Below are positions 1 to 9,834 of a stretch of 64,000 bases of DNA, one piece after another. The translations under genes and the position numbers were made by a program. Within the stretch, counting starts at the first letter, position 1; each line of letters opens with the position of its first letter. Source of the stretch: an uncultured Gammaproteobacteria bacterium (lineage in GTDB: Bacteria; Pseudomonadota; Gammaproteobacteria; JAURND01); assembly GCA_963714975.1 (NCBI GenBank), contig CAVQQD010000002.1, forward strand, positions 384,001 to 448,000, in the 5' to 3' direction. The notes under the pieces are model-generated. The model did no database searches. It saw nothing but the letters and a program-made list of their open reading frames with translations, and was not told where the DNA came from.

Positions 1-2
1 TA

Positions 3-1337
3 AAAAGTTTTAATGTCCTACTCGATAGCAATGGTCGTGCTAAGTTAGCGGATTTTGGCTCAGCGACCATTAAAACTTGTTCTACAGCAAGTACAAGCTT
101 TAAAGGCACCATATTGTGGGCTGCACCTGAAACGTTCACAGATGAACCTACCCAAAAATCAGATGTCTACAGTGCTGGCATGATCTTGTGGGAACTGGCT
201 AGTCGTGAAATTCCTTACAAGAAAGCGGGAAGTATGGCAGGGATGTGGATTATGCAAGGAAAAAGGGAAACTTTTCCACCAGATACTCCTACAGAATTTC
301 AGGCCATAGCTGAAGATTGCTGGCAAGCCCCTGAAAAACGTCCTGAGGCTAAGGTATTAGCCAAACAACTCGATCAATTATGGCAAGCTGCTCAAAAGAG
401 TGAAATAAAAGAAAAAGCGGCACCACCTAGTACTAGCCCCAGCTCTTCTGTTGGAAAAAAACTAAATGATGGTAGCCAATTTGCCCCTACTCAACCCATC
501 GACATTAAGACACCTAAAAAAACAGAAGAAAAAGAAAGCATCCACTTTATGGCGCAATCCGGCCTGATGACGCATCAATCCACCGTTGCGACGCAGACCT
601 CGACGAGCACTACCCCCTCCCTACATGCCAGTCAACCGGCATTCTTTGGTGGAGCTAGTAGCTCTTCTAGCACCACATCGAGTGAAGTCAAAATAAAAAC
701 AGCTCCTCTGGATGAAAAAAAGCGCCAACAATTGATGCCACTACAAAATGAATTAATCATGGCTTGTGAAAATGGCAGTTTGGCGAAAGTGAAAGTCGCC
801 ATCGCTAAAGGGGCCTTAGTGGATTTACCCAATGCCCAAGGTAAAAATCCTCTGTATTGTGCGGTGTATGGCATGAATCCTGAAGTAGTGAATTATGTCA
901 TTGCGCAATGGAGTAAAAATGTTTCCGCCAATTCGTGGCAAGCGTGTGAAGAACACAACAGAAAATACTATGGACAAACTTTTTTAAACATGAAATTTGC
1001 GCCTGTTACTTACAAAAATTGGTATGATTTACTAGAGAAGATCAAACATAATGAATTTTTGGCGGGGTATCATCTCACACAGGCGCGGAAGTATTATCCA
1101 GAGGCTAAGAAAGTAGCAGACTTCGAGGACTTCATGATCATTATCTGGAGCGGGCAAGACGCTCAAATCGGAAGGCAGGGGCGTCATGATCAGTTGGGAT
1201 ATGCGTTCGCGTGGCAATCTCAGACTGAAAGAGGATTTGCAAGTTACCGGAATCAAATTAAGCAGGCGATGGAGGGATTACAGGCTGTACAAACTAATCA
1301 GTCAGTGAGTATGACTGGTAGTACGAGTACGAATTAG
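3..1337 (+). CDS. Eukaryote-like Ser/Thr (TKL-like) kinase effector with one C-terminal ankyrin-like module; 5' end lies outside the window
   Basis: Frame is open from base 3 (KSFNVLLDSNGRAKLADFG...GTILWAAPE...SDVYSAG); paralogous to 1742..4420; module LQNELI.ACENG...NPLYCAVYG. Confidence 0.85.
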   Translation, partial: KSFNVLLDSNGRAKLADFGSATIKTCSTASTSFKGTILWAAPETFTDEPTQKSDVYSAGMILWELASREIPYKKAGSMAGMWIMQGKRETFPPDTPTEFQAIAEDCWQAPEKRPEAKVLAKQLDQLWQAAQKSEIKEKAAPPSTSPSSSVGKKLNDGSQFAPTQPIDIKTPKKTEEKESIHFMAQSGLMTHQSTVATQTSTSTTPSLHASQPAFFGGASSSSSTTSSEVKIKTAPLDEKKRQQLMPLQNELIMACENGSLAKVKVAIAKGALVDLPNAQGKNPLYCAVYGMNPEVVNYVIAQWSKNVSANSWQACEEHNRKYYGQTFLNMKFAPVTYKNWYDLLEKIKHNEFLAGYHLTQARKYYPEAKKVADFEDFMIIIWSGQDAQIGRQGRHDQLGYAFAWQSQTERGFASYRNQIKQAMEGLQAVQTNQSVSMTGSTSTN

Positions 1338-1741
1338 CCGACGAGATTCACCAAGGAGTGAACCGTCGCAGATAATTCGTGGCTTGCCAAAAAAATATTC
1401 TGTAATCCTGCCACGCACCAGGGCTTAAATTTGACCGCATATTGCCGAAGTCGAGAGGGACTTGTCTTTTGCTCTTTTGAGCTCGAAAATGTGCTTTTTA
1501 CTCTTCCAAAAACCGCATCCCTTCCGGCCAAGACAAGCCAAATTCGTCAACGCCAATTCTACAGGTATTGCTCCAAAGCACACTGCGATGTAATTTTTTG
1601 ACCACCTAAATTTTTTCTCGATTCAGGTTTACTTAAACTACCTCGATTGATATGCTACGTTCCTTGCATTTATTCTTAATCCCTAGATTAGTTATCTGCT
1701 GCGACTCCGACTCCAATTAATACAACAAGGGAGAGTGTCCC

Positions 1742-4420
1742 ATGTCATCACAAACCAAACTTGAAATCAAACCTCCATCCTCCACGCAACTAATTCAATC
1801 GGATGGCGCCGTGTCAATTTCTTTTAACATTCGCTACAAAGATTTATCTTTTGATAATAGAGACAATCCCTTGGGTGAGGGTGCTTATGGAAAAGTTTAT
1901 AGAGGGAAATGGGATTTTAATACCGTAGCCATTAAGGAATACACTGCACAAGATTTTTCTGAGAAAACTCAAAAAGAAATCCGTACGGAAGCTTCTGTCA
2001 TGGCACAAGTCAGTACTACGTCTGATTATTTGGTGCGTCTCAAAGGTATGAGTTTAGAAAAACCCCATTATTGTTTGGTGATGGAGTATATGGACGGTGG
2101 CGATTTGTACCATTATTTGCACAGTAATCGAGATATTTCATGGGAGGCCCGTTATCGTTGGGGTTCGGATATTTGTATTGGCTTGCATCATTTACACAGC
2201 AAAGAAATTTTGCATCGGGATTTAAAAAGTTTAAATGTGTTGCTTGACAGTAATGGTCGCGCTAAGTTGGCTGACTTTGGTATGGCAACCATTAAAGCCA
2301 GCTCTTCGGTAAGTACGAAAGGAGGTTTTAAAGGTACTTTGTTATGGGCTGCTCCCGAGCTATTTAAGCCACGTAGTAAACCCACTAAAGCCGCCGATGT
2401 TTACAGTCTTGGCATGGTACTTTGGGAATTAGCCAGTAGAGAAATCCCATTTAAAGGTGCAGGAAATATGGCGACTGCTTGGATTATGCAAGGCACCCAA
2501 GAAGAAGTACCCGAAGATACTCCCCCTGAATTTAAAACGATGATTCTCGATTGTTGGCAAGCGCCTGAAAAGCGTCCCGAGGCTAAAGTATTGGCCGGAC
2601 AGCTCGATCAATTATGTCAAACCGCTCAAAAAACTGAATTAAAAGAAACAGTGGCGTCATCGAGTACCAGTCCCAGTTCTTTTGGTAAAAAACTGAATGA
2701 TCTATTTGCCCCTATTCCGCTTATCAGCCAATTGACCCTTAAACCCATTGATATTAAGACAGCTAAGAAAACAGAAGAAAAAGAAATAGCTCACTTTATG
2801 GCGCAATCCAGCTTGATGACGCATCAATCCTCTGGTACAACACAAGTCTCGACGACTGCTCCTTCTCTACATGCCAGTCAACCGGCGTTTTTTGGCGGAG
2901 CCAGTAGCTCTTCTAGCACTTCAACCAGTGAAGCCAAAACAAAAGTAGTTCCCTTGGATGAAAAAAGTCGCCAACAATTGATGCCGCTACAAAATGAATT
3001 AATTCAAGCTTGCGAAAATGGTAGTTTAGCGAAAGTTAAGGCCGCCATTGGCAAAGGGGCTTTAGTCGATTTACCCAACGAACAAGGTAACAACCCGCTG
3101 TATTGTGCCGTGTATGGCATGAATCCTGAGGTAGTGAATTATGTCATTGCACAACTTGGTGAAAATGCTCCTGCCAATTCTTGGCAAGCGTGTGAAGAAC
3201 ATAACAAAAAACACTATGGACAAACCTATTTAAACATGAAATTTGCGGATGACTTATTGATAAAAACTGAATCCAATGAATTTTTAGCGGAATATCATCT
3301 AGTTCAAGCACGAAAAATGATGAAAGATGAGACCAATAAGCATTGTGAGACTTTTGATGCTTTCAAACAGCGGAAGAATGAGGGACGCCGTATTACGTGG
3401 TTGACCGATTATCGAGATCTCGATGGGCGGGTCACACAGATGACAGAGACGGGGTATGAAGTTTATAGAAATCAAATTAAGCAGGCGATGGAGGGATTAC
3501 AGGTGGCACAAATCGGTCAGTTGGTTGGTAAAAAACTGAATGATCCATTTGCCCCTATTCCACCCGTTGATAACAGCCACTTTTACCTCATCGATATTAA
3601 GACACCTAAAACAGAAGAAAAGGAAAGCACCCGCTTTATGACGCAATCCAGTGTGGTGACGCAACAATCCTCTGCTACAACACAAGTCTCGACGACTGCT
3701 CCTTCTCTACATGCCAGTCAACCGGCATTTTTTGGTGGAGGTAGTAGTTCTTCTAGTACTACATCGAGTGAAGACAAAATCAAAGAGGTTCCATCGGATG
3801 AAAAGAAGCACCAGCAATTGATGCCACTACAAAATGAATTAACCACTGCCTGCGAAAATGGCAGCTTAGCGAAAGTTAAGGCCGCCATTGGCAAAGGGGC
3901 CTTAGTGGATTTACCCAATGCCCAAGGTAAAAATCCTCTGTATTGTGCCGTGTATGGCATGAATCCTGAAGTAGTGAACTATGTCATTGCGCAACGAAGT
4001 GAAAATGCGCCTGCTTCTTGGCAAGGTTGTGAAGAGCACAACAAAAAACACTACGGACAAATCTTTTTAAACATGGAATTTGCGCCTGTCTATTACCAAA
4101 ATTGGCACGATTTACTGTTGAAGATTAAATCTAATGATTTTTTGGCAGACTATCATCTTAAACAGGTTCAAAAGTATTGTGATAAGAAAAACGCTGATTG
4201 GTACACAAGCTTGGAGCGATTGATAGAATGGTTGGGGCGGTGGGACCTAGTGTCACCAGGGTATTGGGTGGAGTCGATTCCTAGTTCGTGGGCTGCGGTG
4301 CGCAACACTGAGCTAGGGTACCAGGTTAACAGGAGCCAAATTAAGCAAGCAATTGAGGGGTTACAGGCGGCGCAAACCAATCAGTCAGTGAGTATGACTG
4401 GTAGTACGAGTACGAATTAG
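1742..4420 (+). CDS. Eukaryote-like Ser/Thr kinase effector with Ser/Thr-rich linkers and two ankyrin-like modules
   Basis: GEGAYGKVY, VAIK, HRDLKSLN, DFG and WAAPE motifs; SD-like GGAGAG upstream; two copies of the module. Confidence 0.88.
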   Translation: MSSQTKLEIKPPSSTQLIQSDGAVSISFNIRYKDLSFDNRDNPLGEGAYGKVYRGKWDFNTVAIKEYTAQDFSEKTQKEIRTEASVMAQVSTTSDYLVRLKGMSLEKPHYCLVMEYMDGGDLYHYLHSNRDISWEARYRWGSDICIGLHHLHSKEILHRDLKSLNVLLDSNGRAKLADFGMATIKASSSVSTKGGFKGTLLWAAPELFKPRSKPTKAADVYSLGMVLWELASREIPFKGAGNMATAWIMQGTQEEVPEDTPPEFKTMILDCWQAPEKRPEAKVLAGQLDQLCQTAQKTELKETVASSSTSPSSFGKKLNDLFAPIPLISQLTLKPIDIKTAKKTEEKEIAHFMAQSSLMTHQSSGTTQVSTTAPSLHASQPAFFGGASSSSSTSTSEAKTKVVPLDEKSRQQLMPLQNELIQACENGSLAKVKAAIGKGALVDLPNEQGNNPLYCAVYGMNPEVVNYVIAQLGENAPANSWQACEEHNKKHYGQTYLNMKFADDLLIKTESNEFLAEYHLVQARKMMKDETNKHCETFDAFKQRKNEGRRITWLTDYRDLDGRVTQMTETGYEVYRNQIKQAMEGLQVAQIGQLVGKKLNDPFAPIPPVDNSHFYLIDIKTPKTEEKESTRFMTQSSVVTQQSSATTQVSTTAPSLHASQPAFFGGGSSSSSTTSSEDKIKEVPSDEKKHQQLMPLQNELTTACENGSLAKVKAAIGKGALVDLPNAQGKNPLYCAVYGMNPEVVNYVIAQRSENAPASWQGCEEHNKKHYGQIFLNMEFAPVYYQNWHDLLLKIKSNDFLADYHLKQVQKYCDKKNADWYTSLERLIEWLGRWDLVSPGYWVESIPSSWAAVRNTELGYQVNRSQIKQAIEGLQAAQTNQSVSMTGSTSTN

Positions 4421-4500
4421 CCGACGAGGTTTGAGCTCGAAAATATGCTTTTTACTCTTCCCAAAACCGCATCCCTTCCGGCCAGGATAAGCCCAATTCG
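4340..4500 (+). repeat. Direct repeat of the 3' end and downstream DNA of the first kinase gene (~1255-1547, with an internal deletion); evidence of tandem gene duplication
   Basis: AATCAGTCAGTGAGTATGACTGGTAGTACGAGTACGAATTAGCCGACGAG and the GAGCTCGAAAAT...AATTCG block occur after both genes. Confidence 0.85.
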
Positions 4501-4552
4501 CTAACCCCATGATGGATACAGCCGCTCAGTGGTTCAATGAGTAATACATTTT

Positions 4553-5950
4553 TCATGGGTAAGTTTCCTGTTGTTGGAAGGGAATGAACAGAGTGAAGAT
4601 GCTGCCTTGATTAAGTGTGCTTTCTACTCGAATTTCACCGCCTAACTCGGTTAAAAATTGTTTCACAAGACTTAATCCCAGTCCCTTGCCTTCATACTGC
4701 GCTTGATAGGAAGGAGTGAGGCGATGAAAGGGTTCAAAGATTTTCTGGCGTTGCTCTGCAGGAATACCGATGCCGCTGTCGCTTACGGTAAAACGAATTA
4801 ACCACTGGTGTTCACGTTCAGACTCAACCGCGGTTTGTAGGCGCACAAACCCTTGGGGCGTGAATTTGATCGCATTGGCGAGAACATGTAGCAAAATTTG
4901 CTGGGTGCGCAGCCGATCACCACAAACGCTGGTGGGCAGAGACTGGGTCACTTCCCAGGTAAAATGTAATTGCTTGGCTTGAGCGGTCGGCGCTAGCATC
5001 GCATAGGTGGTTTGCACCAGGGCCGGTAAATCAAAGGCCGCTTGACTTACCAGGGTCCTGGCTGTGGAGCGTACATAGTCTAAAATTTCATTGAGATGAG
5101 TGAGTAAGGCCTCAGCTGAATCCATGATGCATTGCAGACCGATTTTCCGTTCCGCATTTTCCTCGTTTAAAGCCAGGGTTTCGGTCATGGTCACCAGACC
5201 ACAAAACGGCGTCCGTAAATCGTGGCTGATATTGTGCAGAAAATCGTCTTTGGCTTGCAGGGCTTGCAACAACGCCTTTTCGGCTTCGATGCGGGCGGTA
5301 ATATCAATTGAAACGCCCGCCATTCCTACAATTTGACCGCGACGCCGCAACGGCACTTTGTGAGAGAGAAAAATCGCTTCGCGGCCATTCGGCAACAGGG
5401 CGGGCTCTTCGACAATTTGTGCTTCGCCGGTGCGCATAATGGTTTGATTGAGCGCATCTAAAGTTTCGGGTAATTGCCCGGCATTGATATTCCAGGGTAA
5501 ATCGCTATTACGTTTGCCGACAATGTCTTCACGCGAGACCAGACCTGCGGATTCGGCTTGCTGATTATTGCAGCCTAAATACCGCCCTTTACGATCAATC
5601 CAATACAAATGTTCTGGCATGATGGCTAATAAATTATCGAGTAATTCGTATTGGTCCTGCAGCGAAGCAGGGGGCGGACGCTGTCGATAGGCGAGAATGC
5701 TCCCAATCACTGCGCCACAGGTGAACATGCTGAAGATATAACCCCACACCAACCACCAATCTCGTTGCAAAAAACCGTGCCAAACAATTGTCGCTTGAAT
5801 TAGCCAAAAGCCGACAAAGGTCAGCAAGGAAACTTCTTGAGCAGTTTTTTCTTTGAGGATTTTGATAAATTGCGGAATAAACTGTAGGGCATTGATAAAA
5901 AGCGCAGAGCTCAATAACAGATCAGAAAGAGCAGGGAAGTTCAGTAGCAT
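4553..5950 (-). CDS. Sensor histidine kinase: PQ-loop/SemiSWEET-like 3-TM domain + PAS + HisKA + HATPase
   Basis: FIPQFIKILKEK...VSLLTF (PQ motif); HLYWID..GRYLGCN (PAS); NISHDLRTP H-box; ANAIKF, DSGIGI and GKGLGL boxes; AGGAG SD. Confidence 0.88.
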   Translation of the reverse strand: MLLNFPALSDLLLSSALFINALQFIPQFIKILKEKTAQEVSLLTFVGFWLIQATIVWHGFLQRDWWLVWGYIFSMFTCGAVIGSILAYRQRPPPASLQDQYELLDNLLAIMPEHLYWIDRKGRYLGCNNQQAESAGLVSREDIVGKRNSDLPWNINAGQLPETLDALNQTIMRTGEAQIVEEPALLPNGREAIFLSHKVPLRRRGQIVGMAGVSIDITARIEAEKALLQALQAKDDFLHNISHDLRTPFCGLVTMTETLALNEENAERKIGLQCIMDSAEALLTHLNEILDYVRSTARTLVSQAAFDLPALVQTTYAMLAPTAQAKQLHFTWEVTQSLPTSVCGDRLRTQQILLHVLANAIKFTPQGFVRLQTAVESEREHQWLIRFTVSDSGIGIPAEQRQKIFEPFHRLTPSYQAQYEGKGLGLSLVKQFLTELGGEIRVESTLNQGSIFTLFIPFQQQETYP

Positions 5951-5963
5951 CGAATAGGCTCCT

Positions 5964-6716
5964 CTAAGTTAGCTTAGGTTCAACGGGAGGTAAGGACATA
6001 AAGCGTTGCGGCTTGAACTGCTTGCGCTGCTTAAACTTAATCGCGATCGGATGTAATAAATCGGGATAGCGTGGAAGTAAGAATTGTTGATGGGTATAAG
6101 TCATCGCCGCATTGCGTGGGCTGGGGTAGATTTCATAATGGCACTGCAATTCCGGCCATAAACAAAGCGCAGTGCATTCTTCCAGGACATAATCTCGGCA
6201 TAACTCTTGGGCACGGGCGTAATTAAATTGTCTCAGTATTTCAGGGGACAAACGTGGGGTGTAGCGCTGTAAAAAAGTGCGGATCGTGCTATGAATGGCT
6301 TGTTGATAGGCCGGGTATTGGGTCACTAAATAGTTGACGCGTCGAAAAGTGGCGGGATAACGCGGATGAGTTAACCAATAATCCCACTGCACTATTTTAA
6401 GCTGCGGTAACTGTTCATAAACAATTTGATTGCGCGCTAACCAGGCTGCGCCTGCTTGCTGCGTAGTCGCTACAAAATCCTCAGCTCGAAGCATAGGGTG
6501 TAGTAATGCCAGAGTATGGCGCTGCAGGGTATCATCAATTAGCAAAGTGCAGCGTGCAAATTGCTGATGCACCAAAGCTACGGTGGCCGCAAAGGGTTCT
6601 CCTTCGTGCACTTCTTGACCGACGCTAATCGTCAGTAAACAATGCGCCTGATCGAAAGGAATGGGCGCGTGAATTGCGTCGTATTTGAAAATGGGTTTGA
6701 TTTTGTTCGGATTCAT
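5964..6716 (-). CDS. tRNA-dependent cyclodipeptide synthase (CDPS, XYP-type)
   Basis: ISVGQ..HEG, DTLQRH, W..RN, WDYW, YVLEEC and YP motifs; ATG at 6716 with AGGA SD (alternative start 6749). Confidence 0.8.
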   Translation of the reverse strand: MNPNKIKPIFKYDAIHAPIPFDQAHCLLTISVGQEVHEGEPFAATVALVHQQFARCTLLIDDTLQRHTLALLHPMLRAEDFVATTQQAGAAWLARNQIVYEQLPQLKIVQWDYWLTHPRYPATFRRVNYLVTQYPAYQQAIHSTIRTFLQRYTPRLSPEILRQFNYARAQELCRDYVLEECTALCLWPELQCHYEIYPSPRNAAMTYTHQQFLLPRYPDLLHPIAIKFKQRKQFKPQRFMSLPPVEPKLT

Positions 6717-6725
6717 CGGCGCGTT

Positions 6726-7064
6726 CCTGGGTTGATGCGATAAAAGCATCGAACCAGGTAAGCGGCAGCAGAGGATTTGGGTAGGTGATGGCGAAGCGAG
6801 GAAAATACAGCGTTACTTCGCCATACCTATTCTCCTCTGCTACTCGCTTACCCCTCGTCCACTGGATGAACACCCCCCAAAAACCTGGACACTCGTACCC
6901 CAAGTCCACAACACGCCGCGGACAATCGAAGAGTTTTCATGGGGTAAAAGCTTATTGATCCAGGTATACCACTTTTGCCTAGACCAACGCCAAGTGAAAA
7001 AATGGGTGAACATCAAGAAAAGAGTTTTGCACAAACGCACATTGCGATAAGCTTCCATCGTCAC
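6726..7064. ncRNA. Putative structured non-coding RNA or leader with several long stems; may continue at 9610-9705 beyond the intron
   Basis: Hairpins 6726-6758 and 6757-6852; nested stems 6865-7014; no convincing ORF. Confidence 0.4.
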
Positions 7065-9609
7065 GTGCGCCGTGGAGGCGCTAAACATTGAGTGTGATAA
7101 CAATCATTAGGATTGCTGGAATATCCTATATCTACCCAACTTATCCTTGCCTAGTAATAGGCTGGAATCTCGAAAGAGAAAGGGGAGTGTAGCATGTTGG
7201 GAAAAGACTTCTAATTTTAGAAATTATCTATAGAAGAGAGGTCAAGATAAGACGTGTAAGGTTAAGGTTGGATTACTTGAACCCTAGTTCTGACGGTTTT
7301 TACGTACAGGCACAGACGAAAGATAATTGAAACGTCTGTTTTAAATACATAGTAATCATTGTGACGGATTACCATGACCAGTTATTTAAACGTACCCTCA
7401 TACAAGGGATACGGAACGAACGGGGAACCTAACCACGCCGCTTCTCTGGTTTAGTGTAACCATGGGATTACCTAAGTTGGTGTGAAATATAACCAATAAG
7501 GTAACGGAGCTTCCATATTACCCTGTCACTTCTGTAATGGAAGTGGCTGATTACTGGGAAAGTAATACCGACATGGTTATAAGTTGGCAGTAATGTCAAT
7601 GAAAGACCCACTGTCTGGGGGGAAGGGAAGCAGCCTATTTTTCGTATTGAAATCTTATGAGAGGCTGTGCTGATGCTAGCCGCTACTACGATTAAGAGAA
7701 TAAATACACTAGGAATATTATCTAATAAAGGGAAACGTATAAATGGTCTTTTTAGACTCATGGAGAACCCTTGTCTGTGGATGCAGGCATACAGCAAAAT
7801 CTATGCCAACAAAGGTGCCACAACACCAGGAATAGATGGAAAAACACTGGATGGATTCTCCAAGGAACGTGTTGGCTATTTGATTGAGCAGCTCAAACAA
7901 GATCATTATCGGTTTAAACCAGCAAAACGAATATATATTCCAAAAGCGAACGGTAAACAGCGACCATTAGGTATACCTTCTGGAGATGATAAATTAGTTG
8001 CTGAAGTTGTCAGGATGATTCTGGAAAGAATCTATGAGCCGATATTTTGCAAGAACGCCCATGGATTCAGGCCAGGAAAATCCTGTCACACAGCACTAAG
8101 AGATATACAACATCAATGGACAGGCATGAAGTGGATCATTGATATGGATGTTCAAAGTTTCTTCGATAATATTGACCATGCAATACTCATTAGCCTTCTT
8201 AAAAATAAGATTGATGATAAGAGATTCATCAACCTTATTGAACTAATGCTGCAAGCAGGTTATGTCGAAAACTGGAAATTCCATAAAACGTACAGCGGTG
8301 CTGCCCAAGGAAGTGGTATTTCCCCATTGCTTGCCAACATCTACTTGCACGAACTGGATCAGTTTGTGGAGGAAATCCAAGTAGAATTTAACCGAGGAAA
8401 GAAACGAGCAAGCAGGAAGAAGTATGCTTGTATATCTACCACCCTCTCAAATCTAAGGAAAAAGGTGGATAACCTGAAGCAACAGGAAAATACGGAAGAA
8501 CAAATTCAGGTTATCAAATACCGAATTAAAGCCTTAGATTTAAAACAGAAGGAAACTGTGGCACTCGACCCCCTAGACCCGAACTTTAAAAGATTACGCT
8601 ACTGCCGATATGCAGATGACTTTGTAATTGGAATTATCGGTTCCAAACAGGATGCCATTACATTGCGAGATAAAATTCAAAAATTTATCGAAGCACAATT
8701 GCACCTGAACATTGCACCTGAAAAATCTTATATAGTACATGGTCAAAAGGGGGCTAGGTTTCTAGGCTATGACATACGGATATACTCCGATGATAAAATA
8801 GTCAAAACTATCAAAGGAGGGCGTCATTGTCGTGTGAGAAGTATGACGAACAAAATGCAGTTGCACATCCCGCACGAGAAAATCAAATCGTTCTGCAAGA
8901 GTAAAAAGTACGGAAACTATGGTATAACTAAAGCACGCCATAGACCAGAGTTACTCAACCTGAGCGACGCCGAAATTGTTGAAACCTATAACGCTGAGTT
9001 ACAGGGATTGGCGAATTACTATGCCCTATCCCAAAACTACTGGGATCTAAGCAAGATAGCGTGGATCTGGCAAAAGAGTTTATTAAAAACCCTAGCAGCC
9101 AAACACAAAACCACAAGTTATCGAATATGGAAGCAGCTGAAAACACCCAGTGGTTTAGCACTCACCGTTCGCAGTCCGAAGAAAATTCGCCTCTTTAAAA
9201 TTTTCAACATCAAGGACATCGATCGTGAAACCCCCATCTGGGGGGATGTTGATCAAAAGGCCAATACGAGGAGGTTTACATGGTGTAAAACTGAACTTAT
9301 AAAGCGGCTGAACGCAGAGCAATGTGAATATTGCGGGCAGCGCGACGGCAAGTTTGAAGTACACCATATCCGAAAATTGAGCGACATTAAAGATGGAAGG
9401 AAAATGTGGCAAATAATTATGGCAAGGAAAAAGAGAAAAACTCTTGTATTGTGTACCCTTTGCCATAAAAATCTACATACTGGTATACTCCCTGACTGGA
9501 GAAATCCTACACAAAAACGGGTGGAGAGCCGGATGAATTGAAAGGTTCAAGTCCGGTTCGGAGGGGGGGTGACGGGTTATCCTACGGGAGGCCTCGCTCC
9601 CTACCCTAC
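7065..9609 (+). mobile_element. Group IIA intron, apparently complete
   Basis: 5' GTGCG at 7065; EBS1 GTGACG (7361-7366, in loop of a GTAATC/GATTAC stem) pairs with IBS1 CGTCAC (7059-7064); domain V GAGCCGGATG...GTCCGGTTC 9526-9559; 3' end CCCTAC at 9609. Confidence 0.92.
7673..9541 (+). CDS. ltrA: Group II intron-encoded reverse transcriptase/maturase with HNH endonuclease domain (LtrA-like)
   Basis: RPLGIP, HGFRPG, QGSGISPLLANIYL, RYADDF, FLGY; C-terminal CEYCG..EVHH..LCTLCH. Confidence 0.92.
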   Translation: MLAATTIKRINTLGILSNKGKRINGLFRLMENPCLWMQAYSKIYANKGATTPGIDGKTLDGFSKERVGYLIEQLKQDHYRFKPAKRIYIPKANGKQRPLGIPSGDDKLVAEVVRMILERIYEPIFCKNAHGFRPGKSCHTALRDIQHQWTGMKWIIDMDVQSFFDNIDHAILISLLKNKIDDKRFINLIELMLQAGYVENWKFHKTYSGAAQGSGISPLLANIYLHELDQFVEEIQVEFNRGKKRASRKKYACISTTLSNLRKKVDNLKQQENTEEQIQVIKYRIKALDLKQKETVALDPLDPNFKRLRYCRYADDFVIGIIGSKQDAITLRDKIQKFIEAQLHLNIAPEKSYIVHGQKGARFLGYDIRIYSDDKIVKTIKGGRHCRVRSMTNKMQLHIPHEKIKSFCKSKKYGNYGITKARHRPELLNLSDAEIVETYNAELQGLANYYALSQNYWDLSKIAWIWQKSLLKTLAAKHKTTSYRIWKQLKTPSGLALTVRSPKKIRLFKIFNIKDIDRETPIWGDVDQKANTRRFTWCKTELIKRLNAEQCEYCGQRDGKFEVHHIRKLSDIKDGRKMWQIIMARKKRKTLVLCTLCHKNLHTGILPDWRNPTQKRVESRMN

Positions 9610-9676
9610 GGCTATAACCTCCGGGGTTATCGTTGTGAAAGTGCCTCAAGAATGTTAGATGCATTCTTTTGGCGCG

Positions 9677-9706
9677 GCCTCGGAGGCGCAAGCCCCCGAG
9701 GCTTTG
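9677..9706 (+). terminator. GC-rich hairpin with GCAA tetraloop and a short T tract; possible terminator
   Basis: GCCTCGG-AGGC-GCAA-GCC-CCCGAGGC-TTTGT. Confidence 0.4.
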
Positions 9707-9812
9707 TCATTATTCATTGACTTTAGCCGAAATGCAAATATTTCTTAATGTCGGCTTAATTTAGTAAGTGCAATCGATGGTCCTTAGCCCCTAATTTATA
9801 TATATTGCTTTT

Positions 9813-9831
9813 TATACCCTTGGAGGGTATA
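9813..9831 (+). promoter_or_regulatory. Palindromic operator upstream of the toxin-antitoxin operon
   Basis: TATACCCT-TGG-AGGGTATA perfect 8-bp inverted repeat overlapping the SD region. Confidence 0.6.
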
Positions 9832-9834
9832 TTT

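Noticed and set aside
632-874. Recurrent antisense ORFs (632..874, 3718..3960, 47640..48146, 53820..54077)
   Set aside because: Shadows of the repeated sense-strand module, with no independent coding signal
6860-6905. Minus-strand similarity to the variable cassette at ~4250-4285, as a possible template
   Set aside because: Short, gapped match between G/T-rich sequences; likely chance, and it does not fit the other cassettes
7673-9541. RT as the enzyme of a DGR or retron driving the hypervariable cassettes
   Set aside because: It has maturase and HNH domains and sits inside a complete group II intron with an EBS1-IBS1 match; no template repeat or avd-like gene was seen
6760-9760. RNase P RNA or tmRNA (GAGGAAA and CGGCTTA words)
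   Set aside because: The full P4 consensus and tRNA-like ends are missing
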